Below, in pieces: positions 23,496-24,000 of a stretch of 24,000 nucleotides of DNA. This DNA is from an uncultured Pseudohongiella sp. (GTDB taxonomy: Bacteria; Pseudomonadota; Gammaproteobacteria; Pseudomonadales; Pseudohongiellaceae): contig CBDDGA010000002.1 in assembly GCA_965227685.1 (NCBI GenBank), positions 1,732,393 to 1,756,392 of the forward strand. Reading direction: 5' to 3'. Every line of letters starts with the position of its first letter. Positions within the stretch are counted from its first letter, which is position 1. The notes under the pieces were generated by a model, which ran no database searches, was not told the DNA's origin, and saw only the letters and a program-made list of their open reading frames with translations. The translations under genes and the position numbers were made by a program.

Positions 23496-24000
23496 TTAGA
23501 ATCCGAAGCGGACACTCAGCTCGTAGGATCTTGGATCCCCAAAGATCCATTGATTTGGCACATAAGGTGCCAGAACATAGTCATCTTCGTCTGACAGGTT
23601 GCGGCCTCGCAAGGTAACTGTCACGTCGTCCGAAACCAGCCAGTTAACACTGGCATCGAATACAGTGTAGGCAGGTAATTCTTCGGTATTGCCGTCGTTC
23701 GCAAACCTTGAATCCACGTAACGGAAGCCACCACCAATCTGAACATTGGGCATCACTGACCAGTTCAACCACAAATTACTGGTTTGTTCAGGAACATTCC
23801 GAGGAGCATTTCCGGCCAGAGAGACACCACCGGAATAGAACTCATCGAACTCAGCATTGATAAATGAAGAATTGAAATCCACACTGACGTTGTCTGTCGG
23901 ATTTAGCCGCAACGTCACTTCGAAACCATCCGAACTCTGTTGCCCTATTTGCTCGGTAATTGCCGAGGCCGGTCTGCGAGTTAAGATATCTTCTTTCTCT
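23496..24000 (-). CDS. TonB-dependent outer-membrane receptor, C-terminal part only. The gene continues beyond the right edge.
   Basis: The frame stays open from the TAA at 23496 to the window end; the track's 23918 start is an internal GTG. It has a beta-barrel-like alternating pattern and the typical C-terminal ...RSYELSVRFGF with a terminal Phe. Confidence 0.75.
   Translation of the reverse strand, partial: EKEDILTRRPASAITEQIGQQSSDGFEVTLRLNPTDNVSVDFNSSFINAEFDEFYSGGVSLAGNAPRNVPEQTSNLWLNWSVMPNVQIGGGFRYVDSRFANDGNTEELPAYTVFDASVNWLVSDDVTVTLRGRNLSDEDDYVLAPYVPNQWIFGDPRSYELSVRFGF

Noticed and set aside
22753-23594. Plus-strand ORFs 22753-22944, 22877-23191, 23016-23243 and 23244-23594, and minus-strand ORF 23329-23550
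   Set aside because: The first three are antisense to the XRE regulator gene. 23244-23594 starts with TTG, has no RBS and runs into the receptor gene's 3' end. 23329-23550 has no RBS and overlaps that 3' end in another frame. None has recognisable motifs.

Overview
The gene content (TonB-dependent receptor, PutA, Tat-signal amidohydrolase, AlgZ/AlgR-like two-component system) looks like a Gram-negative, probably gammaproteobacterial, chromosome. I cannot name the organism.

(1) Bases 1-8991 are one open-ended minus-strand ORF of 2997 codons. It is missing from the supplied ORF track because it never terminates inside the window. It is an AT-less (trans-AT type) modular polyketide synthase with the order KS-ACP-ACP-ACP-KS-ACP-ACP-KS-KR. 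All plus-strand ORFs listed between 525 and 8744 are antisense shadows of it.

(2) Bases 9.2-14.7 kb are a co-directional, visibly more AT-rich accessory block on the minus strand. In transcription order it contains:
- an unlisted 48-codon ORF with a consensus Shine-Dalgarno;
- two tandem paralogous proteins, each with a cupin-like core and a C-terminal HEAT-like tail. One keeps a thiol-dioxygenase-like H-x-H...H motif and the other has lost it;
- an AHL-type LuxR, translationally coupled to the preceding gene, with no luxI in the window;
- an ABC nucleotide-binding protein in which every catalytic motif is degenerate;
- an ABC-2-like permease;
- an orphan protein of about 138 aa.
I flag this block as the best candidate for an undescribed peptide-modification or signalling cassette attached to the PKS cluster. 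The function is inferred, not shown.

(3) Bases 15.1-17.0 kb encode a LytS/AlgZ-family histidine kinase and a LytTR response regulator on the same strand, directly upstream of the small ORF.

(4) Bases 17.5-24.0 kb look like ordinary chromosome: amidohydrolase-2 family protein, PutA, a membrane-anchored XRE regulator, and the 3' end of a TonB-dependent receptor gene that runs off the right edge.

I found no rRNA, tRNA, CRISPR array, transposase or integrase. All calls come from reading and translating the sequence by eye. No database search was possible.
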